Shown: piece by piece, positions 9,947 through 18,552 of the stretch
Layout: each line of letters begins with the position of its first letter
How positions within the stretch are numbered: position 1 is the first letter of the stretch
Assembly: GCA_018649885.1 (NCBI GenBank)
Contig: JABIHA010000080.1
Location: 1 to 64,000, forward strand
Direction: 5' to 3'
Origin: Bacteriovoracaceae bacterium
GTDB taxonomy: Bacteria > Bdellovibrionota > Bacteriovoracia > Bacteriovoracales > Bacteriovoracaceae
DNA length: 64,000 nt
Notes under the pieces: generated by a model
Database searches by the model: none
What the model was told of the DNA's origin: nothing
What the model saw: the letters and a program-made list of their open reading frames with translations, nothing else
Translations under genes and position numbers: made by a program

Positions 9947-10158
9947 TGAATCGACAAAGTTCATGAAAATCCAACAACCACCAGATCATAATAATCCTTT
10001 TTCATACCAGCAACTACCACGAGAACTAAACCCAGCTAATACGAGCTGATCAATACAAAACCACTCCCTTTAAAAAACCTTCGCCTTGCCTGGGCGGCCC
10101 CGATATAGGCGCTCTCCAAATCTTATAAGTCCACCAAACGATCCAGCGCCGTGAACAA
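9947..10158. repeat. Right arm of long imperfect inverted repeat flanking the HNH gene
   Basis: Reverse complement aligns with 8658-8860; shared blocks include ttggagagcgcct, gtggttttgtattga and gtggtagttgctggtatg. Confidence 0.92.
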
Positions 10159-10355
10159 TCCAAACAAGGACCAGATTCCATTAGCTAAAGCCCTAATCCT
10201 AAAAGCTTATTAAACTATCCAGGGCCGTGAACAATCCAAACAGGGACCAGATTCCACTAGCTAAAACCCTAATCCTATAAGCTTACTAAACTATCCAGGG
10301 CCGTGAACTTTCCAAGAAGAATCCAGGTTCCATCAGTTAAAACCCGGATCCTATT
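10141..10355. repeat. 76-bp tandem repeat, about 2.7 copies
   Basis: gccgtgaac starts at 10148, 10224 and 10300; units 1 and 2 are near-identical, unit 3 is diverged. Confidence 0.92.
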
Positions 10356-10437
10356 TTACTCGCCAAGCTTGGCAAATTATACGACTCAGCTCTCATATAT
10401 GATGAATAGTCTAAGTCTTTAAAATAAATTGCATAGC

Positions 10438-10986
10438 TTAGAGTTCAACTCTTAGGAATTTGTTTTTTACGATAACTGATCTAACATGGATGATGATCTT
10501 TTTGAACTCATCCATGCCATCTTCTCCAGCGGCAACAAATAATAGGCTGGGAAGTTTCAGGTTCTTGATGGGTTCAAAAATATTTCGTATGACTTTTTTG
10601 CACAAGCTTTCATCTAATTGTTCGGTATCCGAAATTTTAAATTTCTTACATATTTTTGGAACTGGACCTTTTTTAAAAAGCTCGTCCATGATTATATCGA
10701 CACTATCCAAAAGCCTGTCAGTTAAATCTTCTTGTTTGACAGTTTTTAAATATAGACCTGTGAGTTTGAGTGATTCTCTTTTTAGAAAATAGCTGGTGAT
10801 GCTGTCCTTACTTTTCGATAAATCAACACTTACAATAGTGATATCAATTCCAGGATTTAGAGCATATTTTCCAGGCCCTCTGAGAAATGTGGCCTGCCTG
10901 ACGATGAGGTCCAAATCAAGTGGGATCTCTGCACACAGTAGCTGTGGCAAACATATTAGGAAAATAGTTATGAGTTTTTTCATCAA
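10438..10986 (-). CDS. Hypothetical secreted protein
   Basis: Signal peptide MKKLITIFLICLPQLLCA; 182-aa ORF. Confidence 0.7.
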   Translation of the reverse strand: MMKKLITIFLICLPQLLCAEIPLDLDLIVRQATFLRGPGKYALNPGIDITIVSVDLSKSKDSITSYFLKRESLKLTGLYLKTVKQEDLTDRLLDSVDIIMDELFKKGPVPKICKKFKISDTEQLDESLCKKVIRNIFEPIKNLKLPSLLFVAAGEDGMDEFKKIIIHVRSVIVKNKFLRVEL

Positions 10987-10998
10987 AAGGCTCCGCGT

Positions 10999-11014
10999 TG
11001 GCAGTGGTTTTGCT
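10999..11014 (+). promoter_or_regulatory. Candidate sigma54 (-24/-12) promoter for the AAA+/subtilase pair
   Basis: TGGCAG-TGGTT-TTGCT: GG-N10-GC spacing. Confidence 0.45.
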
Positions 11015-11241
11015 GAGAAATAATTAGCACCATGTCATCTCTTTGGCAAAGGAGTAAGGTTATATGAGAATTTGTCGCAGTGAGGGCAGGCCTTGGACAC
11101 TTCAAATAAACGATGTTCTAATTAATTGATCAAAAGTTGTGTCTGCAATTCGCGTAGACGGGTGCTGAGGGAGTGGCATTTCGAATAGGCCGAAACGGAA
11201 TTCGGCGAAACCCCAAACAATGGTTTTTTAGGAGCGCTAAG

Positions 11242-13506
11242 GTGCAAAAAATTCTTCTATTATTGATAGTTTTGGCAATCAGTATTTCTTGCGGTTCAGA
11301 AGATCAACCTGAACCAGGATCATCATTTCAAATGAAACCAAGGGGAGAAGTCTTTTCAGTGTCAAGTGAACTTGAAAAACTAAACGCTTCCACATTTTTT
11401 ATTAAGTCTAACTCTGATAGGTATCCACCTCACAATTCTTGGAAGTCGTTCACTAGACTAATGAAAGAAGTTTCGATTTTTGATGCCACCACTAAGAAAA
11501 TAATGGCGGCCCTTTGTAGCGGTGACACCAACAAGTCAGTACTTATTGTTGGTGAGCCATCAGAAGCTTATCGTTATATTTTCTCTCGTCTTCCTTTTAT
11601 TACTCGTCAGGGTTGTAATCAGCAAATTCACGCCGAAATAAATATCAGTAAAATTGAAGAAGGCAGAAAGTATGTAGGAGAAGTTGAAAAATACTGGAAT
11701 GAATATATTGTTTCTCCTTCAGAGAAACACGATGTGGTGCTCTATCTAAAAAATCTAGGGATGCTCATAGGTCTTGGCTCTCACAGCCATGATTCAACTG
11801 GGATTGAAGCGGAATACGCTAGTAATATTTCTTCAGGAAGAATTAAAAGTGTGGCTTTTATCAATAAATACGAATTTAATAAACTTCAATTTTCTGAGCA
11901 CGCCTATGTTTTGGCCTCTTTTGCAGAAACTATTACTCTAGACGCACCAGGATCTTTAAAAGTTGGGCAGTTGGCCCAAAAATACCTAGAGGTTCTTCAT
12001 CCCCAATTATCTATTTCCAAAAGTAATTTAGATTACTTAGTAAAAATGACTTCTTACTACAGGCCCAATATTACAGAGCCTGGAAGAACAATTCAGATAT
12101 TAAAAAGTATGATTCGGGAGTATGAAGGGGAGCTTAACACTGCTGAAAAAAGCGTGAACTTTGAAACTAAGCATCCTTATAATTCTAGAAGCAATATTTC
12201 TAGGGTCATTAAATTTGATGGCGTAGAATCAATTTCCCTTTCCTTTACACGCTTTGAAACCCAAAGTGATGCTGATTATCTCTCTATCATTGATGGAGAA
12301 ACGAATATTGAGCTCGATAAGCTCAGTGGAGATAAGGGGGCCTTTGAAACAAAGTTTTACCCAAGTGCTCATTTGATACTAAAGTTTTCGAGTAATTTAT
12401 CTGTCCAAAGTTGGGGGTTTGATCTCAAAAAAGTGACAGTGGTAAAAAGTGGAAAAAAAGAGTTCACAAGAGATCAAGTGAGAAGGTCTCTTCTTTCAAC
12501 TGCACAGCTTCCTGAGTGGCTCATTGATAAAAAGTTTGATGTCATAAAAGGGTTGGGGAAAAAGCTTGATTTGGATGTTGTAGGAGTTTCCGAGGGAAAA
12601 AAAGATGTCATAAGGCTGAGTAAAATTGGCTATGTTGCAGGAAGAACAGATAAGAAGCCCATTGCCTCCGCATTACTTGTGGGGCCCACTGGGACGGGCA
12701 AGAGCTACCTTGCTAAGAAAGTCTCAGAGTATTTGGGACTTGGACTTGTTACTTTTGATATGACTTCCTATCGAACAGATGAAAGTTTTGATCGTTTTTT
12801 AGAAGTTCTCTCAAATTATCTTATTCTCTATCCTTATTCAGTTTACCTGTTTGAAGAGATCGATAAGGCCTCCATCAAAATATTAGACCGCCTTTATTTC
12901 ATGCTCGACGAGGGGATATTTTACGACAAGTACCAAAGGCCTTTATTTGCCAGAGGCGCTTATATTATGATGACCACTAATATGGCCTCGGACACAATTA
13001 TTAAGAACAAAGACAACCCAAAGCTTAGAGAACTTGTGGATCTTAAACTTCAAAAATCTTTCAGACCTAGTTTTTTAAATCGCTTTGATGCCATTACCTT
13101 ATTTAAACCCTTTAGTGATGCTGAATTTGTAAAACTGGCAAAAATCATGGTGGGTAAGAAAGTGAGACTCTTAAAAGAGCGCTTTGGCTGGGATCTTACA
13201 ATTGATAGCGCAACTATTTCTTATCTAGGTCAAAAAGGAAAGTCTTCTGTCTTTGGTGCCAGACCAATGGAGAGGCTCATTGAATCGGTAATATCTGTAG
13301 GAATTGCAGAGTGGCAACTTGCAAATGGAAGCATTCCCGAAAAAGGACATATCTCTATTACCCAGGTTTCCGGAAAAGATCAGTACTATAAAATTACAGA
13401 TGGCTCTCGCTCAGTGCTGGAGTATCATGTGGTGCCAAAAAACAATTCAGGTTTTATCCAAAGTATACTGGAGAGCATTTTTAGACAAAATAGATCGTTA
13501 AATTAA
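11242..13506 (+). CDS. Lipoprotein-signal Hsp100/Clp-like AAA+ protein with internal CUB domain
   Basis: GTG 11242 after AGGAG gives MQKILLLLIVLAISISC. D1 is degenerate (VGEPSEAYR, GRKYVGEVE). CUB-like segment at about 12160-12440. D2 has GPTGTGKS, LFEEIDKA, MTTN, FLNRFD, GARPMER. Confidence 0.85.
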   Translation: MQKILLLLIVLAISISCGSEDQPEPGSSFQMKPRGEVFSVSSELEKLNASTFFIKSNSDRYPPHNSWKSFTRLMKEVSIFDATTKKIMAALCSGDTNKSVLIVGEPSEAYRYIFSRLPFITRQGCNQQIHAEINISKIEEGRKYVGEVEKYWNEYIVSPSEKHDVVLYLKNLGMLIGLGSHSHDSTGIEAEYASNISSGRIKSVAFINKYEFNKLQFSEHAYVLASFAETITLDAPGSLKVGQLAQKYLEVLHPQLSISKSNLDYLVKMTSYYRPNITEPGRTIQILKSMIREYEGELNTAEKSVNFETKHPYNSRSNISRVIKFDGVESISLSFTRFETQSDADYLSIIDGETNIELDKLSGDKGAFETKFYPSAHLILKFSSNLSVQSWGFDLKKVTVVKSGKKEFTRDQVRRSLLSTAQLPEWLIDKKFDVIKGLGKKLDLDVVGVSEGKKDVIRLSKIGYVAGRTDKKPIASALLVGPTGTGKSYLAKKVSEYLGLGLVTFDMTSYRTDESFDRFLEVLSNYLILYPYSVYLFEEIDKASIKILDRLYFMLDEGIFYDKYQRPLFARGAYIMMTTNMASDTIIKNKDNPKLRELVDLKLQKSFRPSFLNRFDAITLFKPFSDAEFVKLAKIMVGKKVRLLKERFGWDLTIDSATISYLGQKGKSSVFGARPMERLIESVISVGIAEWQLANGSIPEKGHISITQVSGKDQYYKITDGSRSVLEYHVVPKNNSGFIQSILESIFRQNRSLN

Positions 13507-13520
13507 TAGATGGAGAGAAT

Positions 13521-14804
13521 ATGATGAAATGGATTTCAACTATTTTACTTTTAGCGTGCTTTTGCACGACTTATGTCATGGCAAGCTCAGTCCCTGGAGA
13601 GTTCTTACTCAAAGTTGACACTGAAACAAGTGGCCTTGTTTTAAAATCAAAAATTAAACGCTGGGGAGTTCAAAAATCTCAATTTCTTTCAGGAAAGAAT
13701 TTGATTGTGAATTTGAAAATACCCAAGAATCGGGAATCGAAGACCCTAGAGCTTATAAGAAAAGATCCATCAATTCTTTTAGTAGAACCAAATTATATTT
13801 ATCGATCCTTTACAGCAGCTGATCCTGCCTATCGCAATATGTGGGGTCTAAAAAATACTGGTCGAAATACTGGTTCATGGTTTGGTGGAACCAAAGGTAT
13901 GGATATTAACGCCGAAAAGGCCTGGACGCTTTCAAAGGGCTCAGACAATGTTGTCATCGCTATTATTGATACAGGCCTTGACTACAAACATCCCGATCTT
14001 GCCAGAAATGTTTGGGTTAATAGTGCCGAGGCTTCAGGAACAGCTGGAGTTGATGATGATGGCAATGGGTTAATAGATGATATCCACGGGTATGATTTTA
14101 TTAATGATGATGGGGATCCAGATGATGATCAAGGACATGGAACTCACTGTGCGGGAGTGATTGGTGCTATTCACGACAACGGCATTGGTGGAAAAGGTGT
14201 GATGGACCGAGTGAAGATCATGCCACTTAAGTTTCTTTCAAGCGCCGGGTTTGGCACACTGGAGGCAGCGATTAAGGCAGTGGACTACGCTACTAAAATG
14301 GGTGCTACCCTGACTTCTAATTCATGGGGCGGAGGAGAAAAATCAGATCTTCTTTTTGAGTCTATTAAAAGAGCACAGGCTGCTGACATTCTTTTCATTG
14401 CGGCCTCTGGAAATGCCAAAAATGATAATGATAAATGGGGGACTTTTCCTGCTAGCTACAAATTAGACAATATTATCACTGTCGCCGCCTATGATGGTTA
14501 TGGCAAAAGAGCAGGCTTTTCAAATTACGGAAAGACCTCAGTACATGTTAGCGCACCAGGTGTAAAAATCCTTTCCACCTTTAAAGGTGGCAGATATAAA
14601 AAGCTTAGTGGCACCTCTATGGCCACACCACATGTATCAGGTGCCATAGGGCTTCTTTTAAGTCTGTACCCCCACTTAACTGCCGCTCAAGTAAAAAAAC
14701 GAGTGATTGCCACCAGTAAAGAGGTTGTAAAACTTAAAGATGTCAGTGAGTCGGGTGGAAGAATGGATGCTTATCGTCTATTAACTGATGATCGTTCAAG
14801 ATGA
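13521..14804 (+). CDS. Secreted S8 (subtilisin-like) serine protease
   Basis: Signal peptide, propeptide, catalytic IIDTG / HGTHCAG / GTSMATP. Confidence 0.95.
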   Translation: MMKWISTILLLACFCTTYVMASSVPGEFLLKVDTETSGLVLKSKIKRWGVQKSQFLSGKNLIVNLKIPKNRESKTLELIRKDPSILLVEPNYIYRSFTAADPAYRNMWGLKNTGRNTGSWFGGTKGMDINAEKAWTLSKGSDNVVIAIIDTGLDYKHPDLARNVWVNSAEASGTAGVDDDGNGLIDDIHGYDFINDDGDPDDDQGHGTHCAGVIGAIHDNGIGGKGVMDRVKIMPLKFLSSAGFGTLEAAIKAVDYATKMGATLTSNSWGGGEKSDLLFESIKRAQAADILFIAASGNAKNDNDKWGTFPASYKLDNIITVAAYDGYGKRAGFSNYGKTSVHVSAPGVKILSTFKGGRYKKLSGTSMATPHVSGAIGLLLSLYPHLTAAQVKKRVIATSKEVVKLKDVSESGGRMDAYRLLTDDRSR

Positions 14805-14806
14805 AA

Positions 14807-14830
14807 GCTCCCCAGATTTTAGGGAGCTCT
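14807..14830. terminator. Hairpin between convergent genes (likely terminator)
   Basis: agctccc...gggagct just after the protease stop. Confidence 0.55.
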
Positions 14831-14843
14831 TCTTCAACTATTT

Positions 14844-15272
14844 TTATTCGTTAACTTTGGCCTCAGGTTGAGGAGTTGTATTAGCTATTATTGATGATGC
14901 TTGGACACAGCTTACATAGTAACTCAAGCTTCCAATCTTTATGGGCTGTACACTTGGTGAATCTCTTCGAATAGGTTTTTTGATGTAAAATGCGATCATA
15001 GTATCTGGTGCAGACTCAACGGTATGAATTGAATGCAGGTAGTTTTTATCCACTACCATGACTCTGTCTTCATGTTGAGTAAGAATCAGCATTAAACTAC
15101 TCATTGCATCTCCTGGACGACTCTTTGGTTCCCCACATACCTCAGCACTTTCGACTTCCATCAATTGAAAACTTGGGTACGCTGGTAATCTTCCATCTTC
15201 ATGAACTCCACTTGGGTCTGCCAGTAGGTTCGTGCTGAGTAAAAATAATATTCCTAGAGTTAATGCTTTCAT
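14844..15272 (-). CDS. Hypothetical secreted protein
   Basis: Signal peptide MKALTLGILFLLSTNLLA; AAGGA RBS. Confidence 0.75.
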   Translation of the reverse strand: MKALTLGILFLLSTNLLADPSGVHEDGRLPAYPSFQLMEVESAEVCGEPKSRPGDAMSSLMLILTQHEDRVMVVDKNYLHSIHTVESAPDTMIAFYIKKPIRRDSPSVQPIKIGSLSYYVSCVQASSIIANTTPQPEAKVNE

Positions 15273-15280
15273 TGTTATCC

Positions 15281-15335
15281 TTTTTTTTATTTTTATTTTT
15301 ATTTTTATTTTTATTTTTATTTTTATTTTTATTTT
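15281..15335. repeat. (ATTTTT)n hexanucleotide microsatellite preceded by a T8 run
   Basis: A at 15289, 15295, ... 15331 (8 positions, period 6). Confidence 0.95.
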
Positions 15336-15351
15336 GTTACTTACTATATAG

Positions 15352-15882
15352 TTATTCTTCTAAAGATTCTGTTTCTGGATGCTGATCACGACCTGAGCCT
15401 CCAAAATTAAAAGAGGCAGGTGGTTTTGGTTCGGCCATTGTATGGACATTCACTTGGCACGATTCAATAATAATATTGTTAATTTGAACTTCACCAACAT
15501 TGGTTTTAGCTGCTTCTATTAACTGACAATCAACAGCAGCTGCATCTTCATTTGTTTCAAATATTTCGATTAACGCTTCCAATCTTTGTGTCTGAAGGGG
15601 AATATCCTCTGTTTCAGCATCATTTATTTTGACAGGAACCGGAACTCTTGGTGGAGGGACAACTGCTGCTCCCGGAACTACTGGAGGCGGAAGAACGAGG
15701 GCCGTAAGTTGCCTGATTCCTTCTTCTGATACAAAACCTTTCAAAATCTTTACATTTTCAGTCATGGGAAGTGCTGAATCATCAAAGTCTGGGTTTACTT
15801 GCTCACCAGATGCAAAACCAAAAGGGTTGCAAAAAGCATTTGCAGATATCAAAAGTAAGATAATTAATAGAGATCCTTTCAT
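15352..15882 (-). CDS. Hypothetical secreted protein with Pro/Val-rich stretch
   Basis: Signal peptide MKGSLLIILLLISANAFC; PPPVVPGAAVVPPPRVPVP. Confidence 0.75.
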   Translation of the reverse strand: MKGSLLIILLLISANAFCNPFGFASGEQVNPDFDDSALPMTENVKILKGFVSEEGIRQLTALVLPPPVVPGAAVVPPPRVPVPVKINDAETEDIPLQTQRLEALIEIFETNEDAAAVDCQLIEAAKTNVGEVQINNIIIESCQVNVHTMAEPKPPASFNFGGSGRDQHPETESLEE

Positions 15883-16097
15883 TTTTCTATTCCTTTAAAA
15901 AGTATTTATTTTCTTTAAATTGTAGCGAATTTTGAAAGAGAGTGAGAGGCAAGTGTAAATTTGAAAAGCTATATGTATAAAATAGACACTTTTTTAAATG
16001 TATAATCAGTTGTCACCCCCTATAAAAACTACATTGATGAAGCTTAACCACTCAAAAAAATATGTGAAATACTAGAAAGTTTCGCTCTATTTGGGAT

Positions 16098-17255
16098 TTA
16101 TAAAAAATCATAATAATTAATCGAATATATTGTCTTATTAAGAAGGTCTCTGGGGACCCAATAATTACCGTCTTCGCAACTTACACCATTTCGGCTTCCG
16201 TAAAAACATGGACCCCAAGAATTTTTTATCTTATACTGACATACTCCATTTTTCTTTTTGCGTTCAACAATAATTGAGGCATGGTTACCACAACTACTTC
16301 GATTTGAAATATCTAGTTTACTTATTTGAGATGTATAATTTTTTAAAAAGTTGGAACAATAACTAATTCCTACAGGCTGAACAACCTTTCTATTCCCTGT
16401 GAGATATTGTCCTATCTCTAGTGCAGTATCAATATAGTCTGTCCAATTTTTACCTTTTTCTTTATCAAACCAATCATAGGATATGAGCTTGGGAGATCTT
16501 GCATAAGTCCAGCTTTTTTGTTTTTCACATGCTGGAAAAAATATTTTTTGAAAGAAAAAGAGAAATCCTCCTTCATCCATTAATGCAGAGATGATGAGAT
16601 CTTCGTTGGGATAATCTTCTTCAGGTATTTCAAAGGCCTGGAGGTTTTCTTGTATTTTGTCCACCCAAGAATTTTTAATTAATTCTTTTACATTATAGGA
16701 GAAGGTTAAATGGCGGTAATCGAATGTGCCTTCTGGACGGAAAATTTTGACTTCTTCTAGAAACTCATTATAGAGATCTTGAAAATGTGGAATTCGATTA
16801 ATCATTCCTCGATAAGAGTGATAGTCTTTATCCTGCATAACAGAGCAGCTTCCAGTTCTTTTGTGAATAAATTGAAGGGCCGCTTTTATAGAGTTTCCTT
16901 CCATATAAAGTTCTGGATCGATTTTGTTATTTTCACGCTCCATTTGAGTAGCAAAGGCGCCGAGGGCAGTATGAACGGGGGAGCTCAACTCAAAGTCAGG
17001 GGCAACAACACCATTTGGAAATACCATATTGGTCATTCGTAAATAATCCCACATTTGGTTAGCAGTATATGCATAACATATGGGATCATTGCCCTGATTC
17101 ATCACTGGAATTTTCTCAAGGAGTTCTTGGTTTAAAGACATGGTCTTGCAGTCGTCTTCATACTCCGAACTGGCAACACTCGAAACTGTATATATCAGGA
17201 ACACAAGTGCTCCTAAAAAAGTACGAAGAAATAGCTTAGTCCTAAAATCTTTCAT
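16098..17255 (-). CDS. Secreted papain-family (C1-like) cysteine protease
   Basis: NQGNDPICYAY (Gln/Cys), NHASIIV (His), IKNSWG (Asn); signal peptide. Confidence 0.8.
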   Translation of the reverse strand: MKDFRTKLFLRTFLGALVFLIYTVSSVASSEYEDDCKTMSLNQELLEKIPVMNQGNDPICYAYTANQMWDYLRMTNMVFPNGVVAPDFELSSPVHTALGAFATQMERENNKIDPELYMEGNSIKAALQFIHKRTGSCSVMQDKDYHSYRGMINRIPHFQDLYNEFLEEVKIFRPEGTFDYRHLTFSYNVKELIKNSWVDKIQENLQAFEIPEEDYPNEDLIISALMDEGGFLFFFQKIFFPACEKQKSWTYARSPKLISYDWFDKEKGKNWTDYIDTALEIGQYLTGNRKVVQPVGISYCSNFLKNYTSQISKLDISNRSSCGNHASIIVERKKKNGVCQYKIKNSWGPCFYGSRNGVSCEDGNYWVPRDLLNKTIYSINYYDFL

Positions 17256-17268
17256 CAGTACTTAGATT

Positions 17269-17284
17269 TGCAAGTCAGATTCCA
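17269..17284 (-). promoter_or_regulatory. Candidate sigma54 promoter for the papain-like gene
   Basis: Minus strand TGGAAT-CTGAC-TTGCA (GG-N10-GC) just upstream of the ATG. Confidence 0.5.
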
Positions 17285-17437
17285 GAATAAATAAGCTAAG
17301 TTGCCGAATTTTTATATAAAATGCATGAAGTATTTTCAATATCACTAAAAATAGGACGGCCTTAAATCTAGCTTGGTAATAGCATGAGTCGCTTAATGTG
17401 GGATTTCTACTTGAAGAAATACTATCGGAATATAGAA

Positions 17438-18004
17438 TCAGTCTTCACTTTCTTCATCATCATCATCATCACCTTCATAAATAAACTCATCATACTCTCT
17501 TTCAAACACAAGCTTTCTAGTGTCTTCAATTCGGTCGATATAGAGTTTGCCTCTTAGATGATCTACTTCATGTTGAAACACGGTGGCCAAAAAATCATCT
17601 GCGACGATTTCCTGTGGGTTTCCCTCATGATCAAGGTATTTGACTTCAATTTTTCTGGGCCTTCTGACATAACCCCTAAGACCTGGGATTGAAAGACAAC
17701 CTTCCCAAAAACCCTCTTTTTTCTTATCGAGTAGCTTGATTTTGGGATTAATTAAAACCTGCAATCCAAACTCTTCAAGGCCTGGGTATCTTTCAGAATC
17801 ATTTGGGATTTCTATTAGCACTAAGTTTTTGGAAACACCTACCTGTGGAGCGGCAAGGCCTAGCCCTTTCGCTTCATGCATTGTCTCTATCATGTCTTCA
17901 ATAAATTGATTTAGAGGGCCACTTCCAATTTCGTCTGCAGCGACATCTTGTGCAGCTTGGCGTAAAATGGGGTTCCCCATTCTAATAATTTCAAGTATTG
18001 CCAA
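17438..18004 (-). CDS. def: Peptide deformylase
   Basis: GLGLAAPQ, EGCLS, QHEVDHL. Confidence 0.97.
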   Translation of the reverse strand: MAILEIIRMGNPILRQAAQDVAADEIGSGPLNQFIEDMIETMHEAKGLGLAAPQVGVSKNLVLIEIPNDSERYPGLEEFGLQVLINPKIKLLDKKKEGFWEGCLSIPGLRGYVRRPRKIEVKYLDHEGNPQEIVADDFLATVFQHEVDHLRGKLYIDRIEDTRKLVFEREYDEFIYEGDDDDDEESED

Positions 18005-18008
18005 TTTT

Positions 18009-18443
18009 CTACTCCATTTTAGCTTTGGTTTTCAACTTAGGTGAGTAAGTTTCTACCACAGCTTGAATGGTTCCTAAATAGGTTGTTACTAAATGACAAA
18101 ATTTCCCGGTAGATCCAACTACTGTGTGGTAGTTGGCGGGGTTTTTGGAGGCAATATCTGTCGTCAGCCGGATAATCTGAAACTCACCGGGCACTCCTGT
18201 TAGGGTGCCACAAATCTCAGCTGCCATATTCTTGGCATTGTCTGAGACACGGACAAATGATGTGATTTTTAGCTCAGGCTTAAGTTTTGCGATCAGGTCA
18301 ACATTTTCAATTGAAGGGCGCTCAGCATAGGCGAGTGTTTCACTTTGATAGTAATTTGCTTCAGAAAACTTCCCAGCAGTAAAAGCTCTGCTAGAGACGG
18401 CCAATGCCATTAAAAGTACGAGTGATTTAACTAGATTCTTCAT
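18009..18443 (-). CDS. Hypothetical secreted protein
   Basis: Signal peptide; a Cys pair; directly upstream of def. Confidence 0.7.
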   Translation of the reverse strand: MKNLVKSLVLLMALAVSSRAFTAGKFSEANYYQSETLAYAERPSIENVDLIAKLKPELKITSFVRVSDNAKNMAAEICGTLTGVPGEFQIIRLTTDIASKNPANYHTVVGSTGKFCHLVTTYLGTIQAVVETYSPKLKTKAKME

Positions 18444-18510
18444 GGAAATCCATCTCCATTTAATTGTTCATAATCCTTACACACCCATTGTAAGAGCGCC
18501 TCTCAATAAG

Positions 18511-18537
18511 TCAACTTTCACTGTGTAATGTCGATAA
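18511..18537 (+). promoter_or_regulatory. Candidate sigma28 (FliA) promoter
   Basis: TCAA-N15-GTCGATAA, ending 15 bp before the ATG at 18553. Confidence 0.5.
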
Positions 18538-18552
18538 GATGGATGGAGCTTT

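Larger units (their letters stand above)
8658..10158 (+). mobile_element. Putative ~1.5-kb inverted-repeat-bounded HNH element
   Basis: A single nuclease gene enclosed by long inverted repeats. No transposase motif and no clear target-site duplication; mobility is inferred only. Confidence 0.45.

Noticed and set aside
10141..10355. 76-bp array as CRISPR
   Set aside because: Inter-motif segments are homologous to each other, there are fewer than three full units, and no cas genes are in the window.
11173..11241. ORF-track N-terminal extension of the AAA+ protein
   Set aside because: GTG 11242 has a better RBS and exposes a clean signal peptide.
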